Shown here in pieces: positions 1-8,847 of a stretch of DNA of 64,000 nt (position 1 is the first letter of the stretch; each line of letters begins with the position of its first letter). The position numbers and the translations under genes are program-made. A model generated the notes under the pieces. The model was given only the letters and a program-made list of their open reading frames with translations, had not been told where the DNA came from and did no database searches. Origin of the DNA: an uncultured Alphaproteobacteria bacterium. Its GTDB lineage: Bacteria > Pseudomonadota > Alphaproteobacteria > UBA11222. The stretch is from positions 3,408 through 67,407 of the forward strand of contig CAMTWQ010000047.1 of NCBI GenBank assembly GCA_947085465.1, read 5' to 3'.

Positions 1-53
1 CCGCAGGTCCAGCCATATATTCCTGAAAAATCAGCTATTCTGTTGGCAGCAGG

Positions 54-116
54 CTAGAGCAATCTGCATTAAGTTCGACCCATGAGGCTCGAACTTAATA
101 AAGAAAATTGCTCTAG
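54..116. repeat. 63-bp MITE-like element with perfect 10-bp terminal inverted repeats CTAGAGCAAT...ATTGCTCTAG and an internal palindrome ttaagttcga(g/c)cc.atgaggctcgaacttaa
   Basis: Read directly. The same element recurs in inverted orientation at 3741-3802. Confidence 0.7.
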
Positions 117-134
117 GCTACCCCTTGTATCACG

Positions 135-1208
135 CTACGGCCATATTTCATAAAGCGAGATAAAATCATTACAAGCCGGAGATTTAACTACTCTGGAAAA
201 GCCTGCTTCCTGGCTGAGTTGTCGCACCATTTTTTCCGGCATGCCGCAGGTGCCCAGCCCCTCGCCGCCCTGGGCGAGCGAGGTGGTCATGCAATAATGC
301 AGGCTCATGCCATATTTCATCGCCGCCATTGGGCCAACATTATCATGCAGTTCGTCCTCAGAGGTGATTTCCTGCAATACATAGACGCCGCCGGGGTTTA
401 GATGCGCACGGATATTGCGCATCGCCTCGCGCGGGCGCGGGCTGTCGTGAATGACATCAAAGGTGAATATTATATCATATTTGGCGAGCAGCTTTTCCGC
501 TCCATCGCCGACCGAAAACGTTAACCTGCTGGACAGGCCGGCTTCCTCGGCGCGGGCATTGGCCCCCTCGACCTGCGGCGCAAAGGCGTCGATGCCGGCA
601 AACGTTGAGTTGGGGAACGCCTCCGCCATGCGCATTAATGCAGCGCCCCTGCCGCAGCCAATATCCACCACGTTAACGCCACGCTCCAGCATCGCCATTA
701 CACCGGGCATGGAAGGCAGCCATTGTTGCAGCAGCAGATTCTTATAGCGCACGCCGCTTGAGCGGCTCATGCCGTGATACAGGTTGGGATGAAAATGCGC
801 CTGCGCAACGCCGCCGCCGTTTTTGAAGGCGTCCACCAATTGCTCGAATGGGGTCTGGGCATGCGCCAGCAATTCCAGAATGCCGCCCTGAAACAGCGGG
901 CTGTCCTCATCCGCCAGCGGCTTGGTGTGCTCGGGGGGCAATGTATATGACTTGCTCGCGCCATCTACTTCCAGATATCCCGCCGCCGTCAGCCCTTGCA
1001 GCCATTCGCGCGCATAGCGTTCATTAATGCCTGCGCGATCCGCCAGTTGGGCGCTGGTCGCCGGGCCATGCTCAGCCAGCGCCTTGAACAGGCCAAGCCG
1101 GTCGCCAATCGCACACATGCGCGTCGACATCGCCGACGCTAAATCCTGTTGAAACCGGGCCAGGAATGCCTTCGCTTTGGCCTTATCAAGGGGCGCCTGA
1201 GTCGCCAT
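135..1208 (-). CDS. class I SAM-dependent methyltransferase with an N-terminal winged-helix domain
   Basis: Translation contains the SAM-binding motif VVDIGCGRGAALMRMAE and an N-terminal HTH-like region (SAQLADRAGINERYAREWL). The start is set at the internal ATG at 1208 (MATQAP), which is preceded by a gggaga RBS; the ORF track extends it to 1265. Confidence 0.75.
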   Translation of the reverse strand: MATQAPLDKAKAKAFLARFQQDLASAMSTRMCAIGDRLGLFKALAEHGPATSAQLADRAGINERYAREWLQGLTAAGYLEVDGASKSYTLPPEHTKPLADEDSPLFQGGILELLAHAQTPFEQLVDAFKNGGGVAQAHFHPNLYHGMSRSSGVRYKNLLLQQWLPSMPGVMAMLERGVNVVDIGCGRGAALMRMAEAFPNSTFAGIDAFAPQVEGANARAEEAGLSSRLTFSVGDGAEKLLAKYDIIFTFDVIHDSPRPREAMRNIRAHLNPGGVYVLQEITSEDELHDNVGPMAAMKYGMSLHYCMTTSLAQGGEGLGTCGMPEKMVRQLSQEAGFSRVVKSPACNDFISLYEIWP

Positions 1209-1401
1209 TTCTTTGTCTCCCATATCACCGCCCGCTTCTGCTGGGCTGACTAATTTCAAACCCACTCAGCATTATTCCAAATACATCATCAATCGGGTAA
1301 TCCAGATCCGCAACAGGAATCCCGAATTCTTCCGCAATGGTTTGACGCTACGCCACATAAGCATAGGTCAGCGCCGTCATCAGCGCCAGCGACCCCTTCG
1401 T

Positions 1402-1836
1402 TCACCCCTTCGCTGGCGCGAGCGGCCCGAAGCGATCCTTGATTTTTGCCAGCAGGCGGTCACGCACCTGGCGATAGGCGTCCAGCATTTGATCGCGGCT
1501 ACCTGCGGCTGCCGTCGGATCAGGGGTTGGCCAATATTCCACGTCAATCGCCATGGTGCGGGTCATTTCCAGGGCCCGGTGCTGGGCTTCTGGGGTCAGG
1601 GTGATCACCAGATCGAAAGAAGTGTCTTCCAGATCGTCAAAGGTTTTTGGCTTATGCTTGGCGATATCGATGCCGATTTCATCCAGCACCTCAATAACAA
1701 ACGGATCCAGCGCCTGTTTGCGTACGCCTGCCGAATCCACATAGACAATATGGCCATACAGATATTTCATCAGCGCCTCGGCCATGGGAGAGCGAACGGC
1801 ATTGAAGTTGCATGAAAACAGCACGGCCGATGGCAT
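1402..1836 (-). CDS. low-molecular-weight protein-tyrosine phosphatase / ArsC-type arsenate reductase family protein
   Basis: The CNFNAVRSPMAEA P-loop motif (CX5R(S/T)) matches the LMW-PTP family. Start chosen at the ATG at 1836, immediately before the motif. Confidence 0.8.
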   Translation of the reverse strand: MPSAVLFSCNFNAVRSPMAEALMKYLYGHIVYVDSAGVRKQALDPFVIEVLDEIGIDIAKHKPKTFDDLEDTSFDLVITLTPEAQHRALEMTRTMAIDVEYWPTPDPTAAAGSRDQMLDAYRQVRDRLLAKIKDRFGPLAPAKG

Positions 1837-1892
1837 CTGCTCCGGCGCGGGTGAGTTGGGCGCAAGGTGAGAAGGCGCGCCGTTCATCCGCG

Positions 1893-2381
1893 TTAGGCCC
1901 GAATATGCAGTACACAGATTAACGTAAACAGCCGCCGTGACGTGTTGATGTCGATTTCTATTTTCCCGGCAAGCCGTTCGCGCAACAACTCCGCCCCATC
2001 ATTGTGCAGACCTCTGCGGCCCATATCAATGGCTTCGATTTGTGATGGCGGCGCACGTTTGATGGCGTCGAAATAACTGTCACAGATAGCGAAATAATCT
2101 TTAACTATGCGACGGAACGGCGATAGGGCAAGCATAACCTTGCCAAGCGCGCTGTCATCCTCACGGCGCACATCGAACACCAGGCGATTGTCAGCGATTT
2201 GTAAATGCAGCCGATATGGCCCATGCGGGCTTCCAACCGGTTCGAAATAATTATCTTCCAGAAGATCAAAAATCGCCACGCGGCGTTCATGTTCAATGTC
2301 CGGGTTAAGGCGGACGATATTCGTTTCATCCAATATGATGTCGAGCATGTGATGATCTGGAACGGGTCGCGGCGTATTCAT
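1893..2381 (-). CDS. UPF0262 family protein
   Basis: A ~160-aa protein whose stop overlaps the hisD start by 4 nt. A UPF0262 gene directly downstream of hisD is typical alphaproteobacterial synteny (family recalled, not searched). Confidence 0.7.
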   Translation of the reverse strand: MNTPRPVPDHHMLDIILDETNIVRLNPDIEHERRVAIFDLLEDNYFEPVGSPHGPYRLHLQIADNRLVFDVRREDDSALGKVMLALSPFRRIVKDYFAICDSYFDAIKRAPPSQIEAIDMGRRGLHNDGAELLRERLAGKIEIDINTSRRLFTLICVLHIRA

Positions 2382-3682
2382 TTGCCGCCGCGCTGGTTTA
2401 GACGGATGGTGATGGATCGGGCGTGCGCATGTAGCCCTTCACTCTGGGCAAGCGTCACAGCGGTCGGGCCAATGGCCGCAAGGGCGCCGGGCGTGCAGCT
2501 TGTAATCGAGCTGCGTTTAAGAAAATCCAGCACCGAAAGCCCAGAAGCATAGCGCGAGGCGCGCGCCGTCGGCAGCACATGGTTGGGGCCGGCAACATAA
2601 TCGCCTATGGCTTCGGGCGTATGCCGGCCAAGAAAAATCGCCCCGGCATTGCGCACCTTCTCCATCAGGGCGTCGGGATTATCCACCGCCAATTGCAGAT
2701 GTTCGGGCGCAATACGGTCAATCAGAGCAGGCGCGTCATCCATATTCCGTACAAGGATGATTGCGCCGTTGGTGTCCCAGCTTTGCGCGGCAATGGCGGC
2801 GCGCGGCAGGGTTTGCAGATGCGTGGCAATGGCCGCCACCACCGCATCGGCAAAGGCGGCGTCATCGGTCAGCAATATGGATTGCGCGGATATATCATGT
2901 TCGGCCTGCGACAGCAGGTCCGCCGCAATCCAGGCCGGATCATTGGCGCCGCAAGCCACCACCAGAATTTCAGACGGGCCAGCGATCATGTCGATCCCCA
3001 CCGCGCCAAATATCTGGCGTTTCGCCGCCGCCACATAGGCGTTGCCAGGACCAATGATTTTATCAACTGGCGCGATGCTTGCGGTGCCATAGGCAAGGGC
3101 CGCCACGGCTTGCGCGCCGCCCACACGGTAAATTTCATGGACGCCGCCAAGCTTTGCCGCCGCCAGTGTCAGCGGATTGACGACGCCATCCGGTGTTGGC
3201 GTCACCATGACTCGGCGTGGAACGCCGGCGATTTTGGCGGGTATCGCATTCATTAACACCGAGCTTGGATAGGATGCGGTGCCGCCCGGAACATACATGC
3301 CAACGGCGCCGATGGCGGTCCAGCGATGGCCTAGCTCAACGCCATCCACATCGGTAAAGCGGTCATCACGCGGCAGTTGCCGGCGGTGATAGGCCTCAAT
3401 GCGCGCTGCTGCGCGCGCCAGCGCATCCAGCGTTATTTTATCACATGCCGAAATGGCGGCGGAAATTTCCTGCTCTGTGAACGCGATGTTTTCCGCGCTA
3501 AGCGTCAGGCGATCAAATCGTGCGGTGAAATCGAACAATGCCGCGTCGCCGTGCGCCGCGATTTCCGCCACAATAGCGGCAACTTCGCCGTTTACGTCCT
3601 GCGCCGCCTCGCGCCTGGCCGCAAGCAGGCGTGTAAACCCGGTTTCGAATTCCGGTGTTTGGTTATTCAGTCGGAACGTCAT
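2378..3682 (-). CDS. hisD: histidinol dehydrogenase
   Basis: 434 aa, with hallmark HisD segments (GGAQAVAALAYGT, SQAEHD...) and typical length. Confidence 0.93.
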   Translation of the reverse strand: MTFRLNNQTPEFETGFTRLLAARREAAQDVNGEVAAIVAEIAAHGDAALFDFTARFDRLTLSAENIAFTEQEISAAISACDKITLDALARAAARIEAYHRRQLPRDDRFTDVDGVELGHRWTAIGAVGMYVPGGTASYPSSVLMNAIPAKIAGVPRRVMVTPTPDGVVNPLTLAAAKLGGVHEIYRVGGAQAVAALAYGTASIAPVDKIIGPGNAYVAAAKRQIFGAVGIDMIAGPSEILVVACGANDPAWIAADLLSQAEHDISAQSILLTDDAAFADAVVAAIATHLQTLPRAAIAAQSWDTNGAIILVRNMDDAPALIDRIAPEHLQLAVDNPDALMEKVRNAGAIFLGRHTPEAIGDYVAGPNHVLPTARASRYASGLSVLDFLKRSSITSCTPGALAAIGPTAVTLAQSEGLHAHARSITIRLNQRGGK

Positions 3683-3706
3683 AAATGTATCCGGTCAATC
3701 GTCGCT

Positions 3707-3802
3707 TTAATCGCGGAAAGCTGCTCTAACACATTAAAATCTAGAGCAATTTTCTTTATTAAGTTCGAGCCTCATGGCTCGAACTTAATGCAGATTGCTC
3801 TA
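3707..3802. repeat. compound repeat: a ttaatcgcggaaagctgctcta unit fused to an inverted copy of the 63-bp CTAGAGCAAT MITE
   Basis: 3741-3802 is the reverse complement of 54-116, with one end degenerate (ctaa). 3707-3740 matches the right end of the 7172-7257 element. Confidence 0.7.
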
Positions 3803-4249
3803 ATGCACGGGCCGGCGTATGGCTGGCCAAGGCTCGCTCATATCCTCGACATAGCAGTCGATGCATTCAGCATCCAGCAGGATTTCCGCGCCGCCCGCAA
3901 ACAGCAGCCGTATATCTGCTGCTGCGCCCGCTTTTTGTGTTACAGCGATGCTCAGCAGATTGAGCAATTGCTCCGGGTTGGATTGCAGGACGCCAAGCGT
4001 CCGCACAGCGAGTATCCCGTTGAAATGCGCCGCACAGCGCACCCGCTGAGGCCGCCGCCGCCCCAGGGGGCTGTTTTGCCCCGCGTCAATTTCATTTTCC
4101 CAGCGGAACCGGTTGAACATGGCCGCGAACTGGCGCCGCTTGGGCAAATATGCGGTATCGCCAATGCGCCCCACAGCGTCTTGCAGTAACGCGGAAACAA
4201 CCTGTAAATCCTCGGCGTCAAGGGCGGTAAGTTTCAAAATTTTAGGCAA
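3800..4249 (-). CDS. DUF2948 family protein
   Basis: 149 aa (MPKILKLTALDAEDLQVVSALLQDAV...). Sits between murA and hisD as in the Rhizobiales/Rhodobacterales order; family assignment from memory. Confidence 0.65.
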   Translation of the reverse strand: MPKILKLTALDAEDLQVVSALLQDAVGRIGDTAYLPKRRQFAAMFNRFRWENEIDAGQNSPLGRRRPQRVRCAAHFNGILAVRTLGVLQSNPEQLLNLLSIAVTQKAGAAADIRLLFAGGAEILLDAECIDCYVEDMSEPWPAIRRPVH

Positions 4250-4269
4250 AATTTTCCTGCCATCCCGCT

Positions 4270-5544
4270 TTAATCGCGAATGCGGCGTATGTCGGCGCCA
4301 CAGGCGCTGAGTTTAGTCTCAATGCGTTCATATCCCCGGTCAAGATGATACACCCGATTGACCGTGGTTTCACCCTGCGCTGTGAGCCCGGCAATAATCA
4401 GGCTTACAGAGGCGCGCAGATCGGTCGCCATTACCGGCGCGCCCTTAAGCATATCGACGCCGCGCACCAGAGCCGTTCCGCCATGCAGATTGATATTGGC
4501 GCCCATCCGCATCAGTTCCGGCACGTGCATAAAGCGGTTCTCAAAAATCGTCTCGCTGATCATCGATGCGCCGCCAGCGGTAATCATGCAGGCCATGAAT
4601 TGGGCTTGAAGATCGGTCGGGAAGCCAGGGAAGGGCTGGGTCATGGCGTCAACGCCTTGAAGGCGGCGGGCCGGGTCGCGCCGGATGCGCAAACTATCCC
4701 CGGTATGACTGACCTCAGCGCCTGCCTGACCCAGTAATTCTATCAGCGCGCCAAGGGTTTCCGGGCGCGTATGGGTAAGCAGCACATCGCCGCCCGCAGC
4801 GGCAGCGGCCAGCGCATAGGTGCCCGCCTCTATACGGTCGGGCAGCACCCTATGCTCCGCCGCATGCAGTTTGGCTACCCCCTTAATGCGGATTGTCTCG
4901 GTCCCCGCGCCCTCGATACGTGCACCCATGGCGGTCAAACAACGGGCCAGATCGCCAATTTCGGGTTCCCGCGCCGCGTTATCAAGCACGGTCTCTCCCT
5001 CGGCAAGGCAGGCGGCCATCAGCAGGTTTTCAGTTGCGCCAACAGATACCGCCGTGAAACGGATTTCCGCGCCTTTCAGGCCATGTAGCGCGGTTGCGTT
5101 GATATATCCCTGATCGAGTTCGATCTTCGCGCCCATTGCCTCCAGGCCCTTCAGGTGCAGATCGACCGGCCGCGTGCCGATGGCGCAACCGCCAGGCAAT
5201 GACACCCGGGCCTCGCCGTGACGCGCCAGCAGCGGCCCCAGAACCAGAATGCTCGCGCGCATTTTTCGCACCAGATCATAGGGCGCTATACTGCTGGTGA
5301 TGCGCGGCGTGCACAGGCTCAAAATACGATTGCCGCTGTTCTTGCGCAGCGTAATCTCTGCGCCATGCTCGCTCAGCACCTCGTTCATGGTCGTGATGTC
5401 CGCCAGATCCGGCATATTGGTCAGGGTCAGGGGTTCTGCCGTAAGCAGGGTGGCGGCCATAATCGGCAGCGCTGCATTCTTTGCGCCGCTGATCGGGATT
5501 TCGCCATGTAGCGGAACGCCGCCACGCATTACCAGCCTATCCAT
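4270..5544 (-). CDS. murA: UDP-N-acetylglucosamine 1-carboxyvinyltransferase
   Basis: 424 aa. N-terminus [31 protein letters not shown] and the catalytic-Cys region [15 protein letters not shown] are typical MurA. Confidence 0.93.
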   Translation of the reverse strand: MDRLVMRGGVPLHGEIPISGAKNAALPIMAATLLTAEPLTLTNMPDLADITTMNEVLSEHGAEITLRKNSGNRILSLCTPRITSSIAPYDLVRKMRASILVLGPLLARHGEARVSLPGGCAIGTRPVDLHLKGLEAMGAKIELDQGYINATALHGLKGAEIRFTAVSVGATENLLMAACLAEGETVLDNAAREPEIGDLARCLTAMGARIEGAGTETIRIKGVAKLHAAEHRVLPDRIEAGTYALAAAAAGGDVLLTHTRPETLGALIELLGQAGAEVSHTGDSLRIRRDPARRLQGVDAMTQPFPGFPTDLQAQFMACMITAGGASMISETIFENRFMHVPELMRMGANINLHGGTALVRGVDMLKGAPVMATDLRASVSLIIAGLTAQGETTVNRVYHLDRGYERIETKLSACGADIRRIRD

Positions 5545-5683
5545 GGGAATCCTTTGTTGGAGTGGGCTTTTCGATGGCGTATTTGCGCACAGGGGCCTTG
5601 CGCCGTTTCAGATTGGCGCGCAGCGCCTTGGCCTGCCGGGCCTCGCGTTCATTTTTAGTGGTTTTGGCGCTGCTTTTAGACAT
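5537..5683 (-). CDS. small Lys/Arg-rich protein (DUF4169-like), stop overlaps the murA start
   Basis: [48 protein letters not shown] from the ATG at 5683. Start and family are uncertain. Confidence 0.35.
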   Translation of the reverse strand: MSKSSAKTTKNEREARQAKALRANLKRRKAPVRKYAIEKPTPTKDSHG

Positions 5684-5849
5684 ATCACAACCAATAAGAG
5701 TATAGCGTGTCGGAACTGTGGCGGCAGGGGACGATTCAGTCAAGCTGTTGGCAAGCTGCTGGCTAGCTGCTGGCAAGCTGACATGCCTTCTACATGGATG
5801 CTTGCGCCCCCAAAGCCACTATGGCAGGTTGCGCGCCACTTCGAAGATT

Positions 5850-5925
5850 TGCTGCGGTAGCTCAGTGGTAGAGCACCCCCTTGGTAAGGGGGAGGCCGAG
5901 AGTTCAATCCTCTCCCGCAGCACCA
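5850..5925 (+). tRNA. tRNA-Thr (anticodon GGU)
   Basis: Cloverleaf read by hand: acceptor GCUGCGG/CCGCAGC, D-arm GCUC-AGUGGUA-GAGC, anticodon stem CCCCC/GGGGG with loop UUGGUAA, T-arm GAGAG-UUCAAUC-CUCUC, encoded CCA. Confidence 0.88.
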
Positions 5926-5968
5926 CCCACCCGCGCAAGCTACGGAGTGACAAGGGCTACGGCCCGAA

Positions 5969-6045
5969 TGGTACCACCGCCTGGGGTCGAACCAGGGACC
6001 TCTTGATCCACAATCAAGCGCTCTAACCAGCTGAGCTACGGCGGC
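5969..6045 (-). tRNA. tRNA-His (anticodon GUG), alphaproteobacterial type lacking G-1, with G1·U72 and A73
   Basis: Reverse complement folds as acceptor GCCGCCG/CGGUGGU (two G·U pairs), D-arm GCUC-AGCUGGUUA-GAGC, anticodon stem CUUGA/UCAAG with loop UUGUGGA, T-arm CCUGG-UUCGACC-CCAGG, discriminator A, CCA. The -1 position is T, not G. Confidence 0.82.
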
Positions 6046-6311
6046 ATGCTTCCAGTGAAGGTGTCGCGGGGGCAACCTAATGCCGGCGAGCGCCGATTTC
6101 AAGTGTGCTCGGGATCGGCAAGTTCGGCGGTGCTGGTAAATCCAAAGCAGCCGCTTTCACAACCGCGCCGCAACTCGGAAGCGCGCAATGCGCCCACCCG
6201 CTTCAATAATTTTCCATTTTCCCTGGACATGGTTTCAGGGTGCCCCAGCTAGCCAAGACCGGATATGATCTGGATCAACATTATACCATGTATGGCCTGC
6301 TGGAGGTAAAT

Positions 6312-7175
6312 ATGGAAACCCCGGTTACTGAATTTGTCACCGCTAACGGGCTTCGCTTTGAGGTGGACATGTGCGGCGGCGGCAATAAGCTGGCGTTATG
6401 TCTGCACGGGTTTCCCGAACATTCCTATTCATGGCGCCATCAGTTGCCGGTGCTGGCGGAAATGGGCTATCGCACCTGGGCGCCGAATTTGCGCGGCTAT
6501 GGCAACAGTTCGCGGCCCATTGGGGTTGCCAATTACGCCATGCCGCACTTGCTCGCTGATATTGCCGGGCTGATTGACGCGGCGGCGGCGGAGGAGGTGG
6601 TTCTGATCGCCCATGACTGGGGCGGCGTCATCGCCTGGGAGTTTGCGCTGCGCCGTATCCGGCCACTGAAAAAGCTGGTGGTGATGAATATTCCACATCC
6701 CAAATTGTTTCAGCAGGGCGTGCGGCGCTGGGCGCAACTGAAACGCTCCTGGTATATTTTTTTCTTTCAGCTTCCGTGGCTGCCGGAATGGGCGCTGGGC
6801 CGTGATGGCGCGCGCGCCATTGGCAGGGCGTTCAGCGGCATGGCGGTGGATAAATCGCGCTTTGGGCCCGAGGTGCTGGAGGTTTTTCAGCGCAACGCGG
6901 CGCAGCCCGGCGCGTTGACTGCCATGATCAATTATTACCGCGCGGCGTTGCGCGGCCCGTCGCCAAAACAGGCGCGGGTTCCCGGCATGCTGCAAACGCC
7001 AACCCTGATGATTTGGGGCGAGGAGGACACAGCCCTTGGCAAGGAGCTGACCTTCGGCACAGGGAAACTGGTCAGTGATTTTACCGTCCGTTATCTGCCT
7101 GGCGTTTCCCATTGGGTGCAGCAGGAAGCGCCGGAGCAGGTCAACGCGATCCTGAAAGAGTGGCTAAGCCGCTAG
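6312..7175 (+). CDS. alpha/beta hydrolase fold protein (epoxide hydrolase / haloalkane dehalogenase-like)
   Basis: HGFPEHSYSWRHQ ... LIAHDWGGVIAWEFA nucleophile-elbow region. Start set at the ATG at 6312, which has a ggagg RBS; the ORF track starts at a GTG at 6240. The stop TAG at 7173-7175 lies inside the MITE. Confidence 0.8.
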   Translation: METPVTEFVTANGLRFEVDMCGGGNKLALCLHGFPEHSYSWRHQLPVLAEMGYRTWAPNLRGYGNSSRPIGVANYAMPHLLADIAGLIDAAAAEEVVLIAHDWGGVIAWEFALRRIRPLKKLVVMNIPHPKLFQQGVRRWAQLKRSWYIFFFQLPWLPEWALGRDGARAIGRAFSGMAVDKSRFGPEVLEVFQRNAAQPGALTAMINYYRAALRGPSPKQARVPGMLQTPTLMIWGEEDTALGKELTFGTGKLVSDFTVRYLPGVSHWVQQEAPEQVNAILKEWLSR

Positions 7176-7257
7176 AGCAGCCCGCGATTAAGTGGAGTAA
7201 CGAAGTGCCCCCGCTTAATCGCGGAAAGCTGCTCTAACACATTAAAATCTAGAGCAA
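7172..7257. repeat. MITE-like element ctagagcagcccgcgattaag...cttaatcgcggaaagctgctctaa...ctagagcaa
   Basis: Terminal CTAGAGCA motifs and an internal inverted repeat (cgcgattaag/cttaatcgcg). It shares units with 3707-3750 and 56285-56302. Confidence 0.65.
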
Positions 7258-7261
7258 CATG

Positions 7262-7340
7262 CGCTCATATTGAGCAGGAACGGGGCATTCGCGTTCATCC
7301 GGCAACGGTTGGCCGTTTGATCCGCAGGATGGGCTGGCGC
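7262..7340 (+). pseudogene. possible remnant of a transposase N-terminal HTH (IS630/Tc1-like pattern GIRVHPATVGRLIRRMGWRFA*)
   Basis: This frame reads ...HIEQERGIRVHPATVGRLIRRMGWRFA and then stops. The pattern G-I-x-V-H-P-x-T-V-x-R-x-I-R-R-x-G-W-R-F resembles the IS630-family HTH_Tnp signature (from memory). It lies immediately beside the repeat. Confidence 0.25.
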
Positions 7341-7461
7341 TTTGCTTGAAACCGGTGCGGGCTGGTGCTAGGCTCAGCGGAATCACTTCAGGCAATTTGC
7401 GGGGGTCCCCCAGTCCACATGCGCACACTGTCCCAGCGATATTGGCCGCAGCGGTACTGAA

Positions 7462-8814
7462 TTGCCAAAACAACTGTACATCAAGACCTATGGCTGCCAG
7501 ATGAACGTCTACGATTCAGATCGTATGGCGGACGTGCTGGCGCCGCACGGCTATGCGCTGACGCCAACCCCCGAGACCGCCGATCTGGTCATTCTCAACA
7601 CCTGCCATATCCGCGAAAAGGCGGCGGAAAAAGTCTATTCCGATCTTGGCCGGATGCGGGATCTAAAGCTGGCCCGAGGCGCTTCAGGCGAGCACATGCT
7701 GATTGCCGTTGGCGGCTGTGTCGCGCAGGCCGAGGGCGATGAGATTTTACGCCGCGCGCCATCGGTCAGCATGGTGTTTGGGCCGCAAACCACGCACCGG
7801 CTGCCAGAAATGGTGGCCCGCGCCCTGCAATTCAACAAATCCGGCGGCCGGGCAAAAATAATCGATACGGATTTTGCGGCGGCGGAAAAATTCGACTCGC
7901 TGCCTGAATCTGCGCAACCAACGGGCGTTGCGGCGTTTCTCAGCGTTCAGGAGGGGTGTGATAAATTTTGCACCTATTGTGTCGTGCCCTATACGCGCGG
8001 CGCTGAATATTCCCGGCCGGTGGCGCAGGTGTTGGCCGAGGCAAAACGGCTGGTTGCGAGGGGGGTGCGCGAAATCACCCTGCTCGGGCAAAATGTGAAC
8101 GCCTATCATGGAGCGGCCAGAAGCGGCCAAACCTATACGCTTGGCAAGCTGATCCGTGAGTTGGCGCAGATCGATGGGCTGGCGCGCATCCGCTACACCA
8201 CCTCGTATCCCGGTGAAATGGATGATGATCTTATCACCGCCCATGCGGAAGTGCCGGAACTGATGCCGTATCTGCATCTTCCGGTGCAATCTGGATCGGA
8301 TAGAATTCTCAGCGCCATGAATCGCAACCATGACCGCGCGTTTTATCTGCGGCTGATCGCGCGCATCCGTAACTCGCGCCCGGACATTGCCCTGTCATCT
8401 GATTTTATCGTGGGCTTTCCCGGTGAAAGCGATGCGGATTTTGAAGCAACTTTGTCGCTGGTGCGCGAAGTGGAATTCGCCGGCGCGTTTTCGTTCAAAT
8501 TCAGCGCCCGGCCAGGAACGCCTGCCGCCAGCATGGATGAGCAAGTGCCTGAACCCGTCAAGGCGGAGCGGCTTGCGCGGCTGCAAACCCTGCTGGTTAC
8601 GCAGCAAGAAGTGTTTAAGGCCGCCTGCATCGGGCGCACCTTGCCGGTGCTGTATGAGAAGCCGGGCCGTCATGCGGGCCAGATTATCGGCCGCAGCCCA
8701 TATCTGCAATCAGTGGTCAGTGACGGCGATGCCGCGCTGATCGGCCAAATCATGCCCGCCCGGATTACCGGCGGCGGCGCCAACAGCTTACAGGGAATAA
8801 TTATAACTCACTAA
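7462..8814 (+). CDS. miaB: tRNA-2-methylthio-N6-dimethylallyladenosine synthase
   Basis: N-terminus [22 protein letters not shown], the radical-SAM [11 protein letters not shown] motif and a TRAM-like C-terminus. TTG start. Confidence 0.9.
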   Translation: MPKQLYIKTYGCQMNVYDSDRMADVLAPHGYALTPTPETADLVILNTCHIREKAAEKVYSDLGRMRDLKLARGASGEHMLIAVGGCVAQAEGDEILRRAPSVSMVFGPQTTHRLPEMVARALQFNKSGGRAKIIDTDFAAAEKFDSLPESAQPTGVAAFLSVQEGCDKFCTYCVVPYTRGAEYSRPVAQVLAEAKRLVARGVREITLLGQNVNAYHGAARSGQTYTLGKLIRELAQIDGLARIRYTTSYPGEMDDDLITAHAEVPELMPYLHLPVQSGSDRILSAMNRNHDRAFYLRLIARIRNSRPDIALSSDFIVGFPGESDADFEATLSLVREVEFAGAFSFKFSARPGTPAASMDEQVPEPVKAERLARLQTLLVTQQEVFKAACIGRTLPVLYEKPGRHAGQIIGRSPYLQSVVSDGDAALIGQIMPARITGGGANSLQGIIITH

Positions 8815-8847
8815 TGGAGAGACGCTCATGATGAAGGAATTGCCACG

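Noticed and set aside
2579-3256. Long antisense ORFs inside hisD and other genes (e.g. 2579-3256, 7747-8331, 16172-16759, 19000-19704, 23972-24781, 47183-48157, 48136-48999, 56397-57386)
   Set aside because: These are typical high-GC antisense open frames. They have Arg/Ala/Gly/Pro-rich low-complexity translations, no recognisable domains, and overlap strongly supported genes.
7249-7473. 74-aa minus-strand ORF upstream of miaB
   Set aside because: Overlaps the repeat and the putative transposase remnant on the other strand. The Ala/Pro/Gly-rich translation has no recognisable features.
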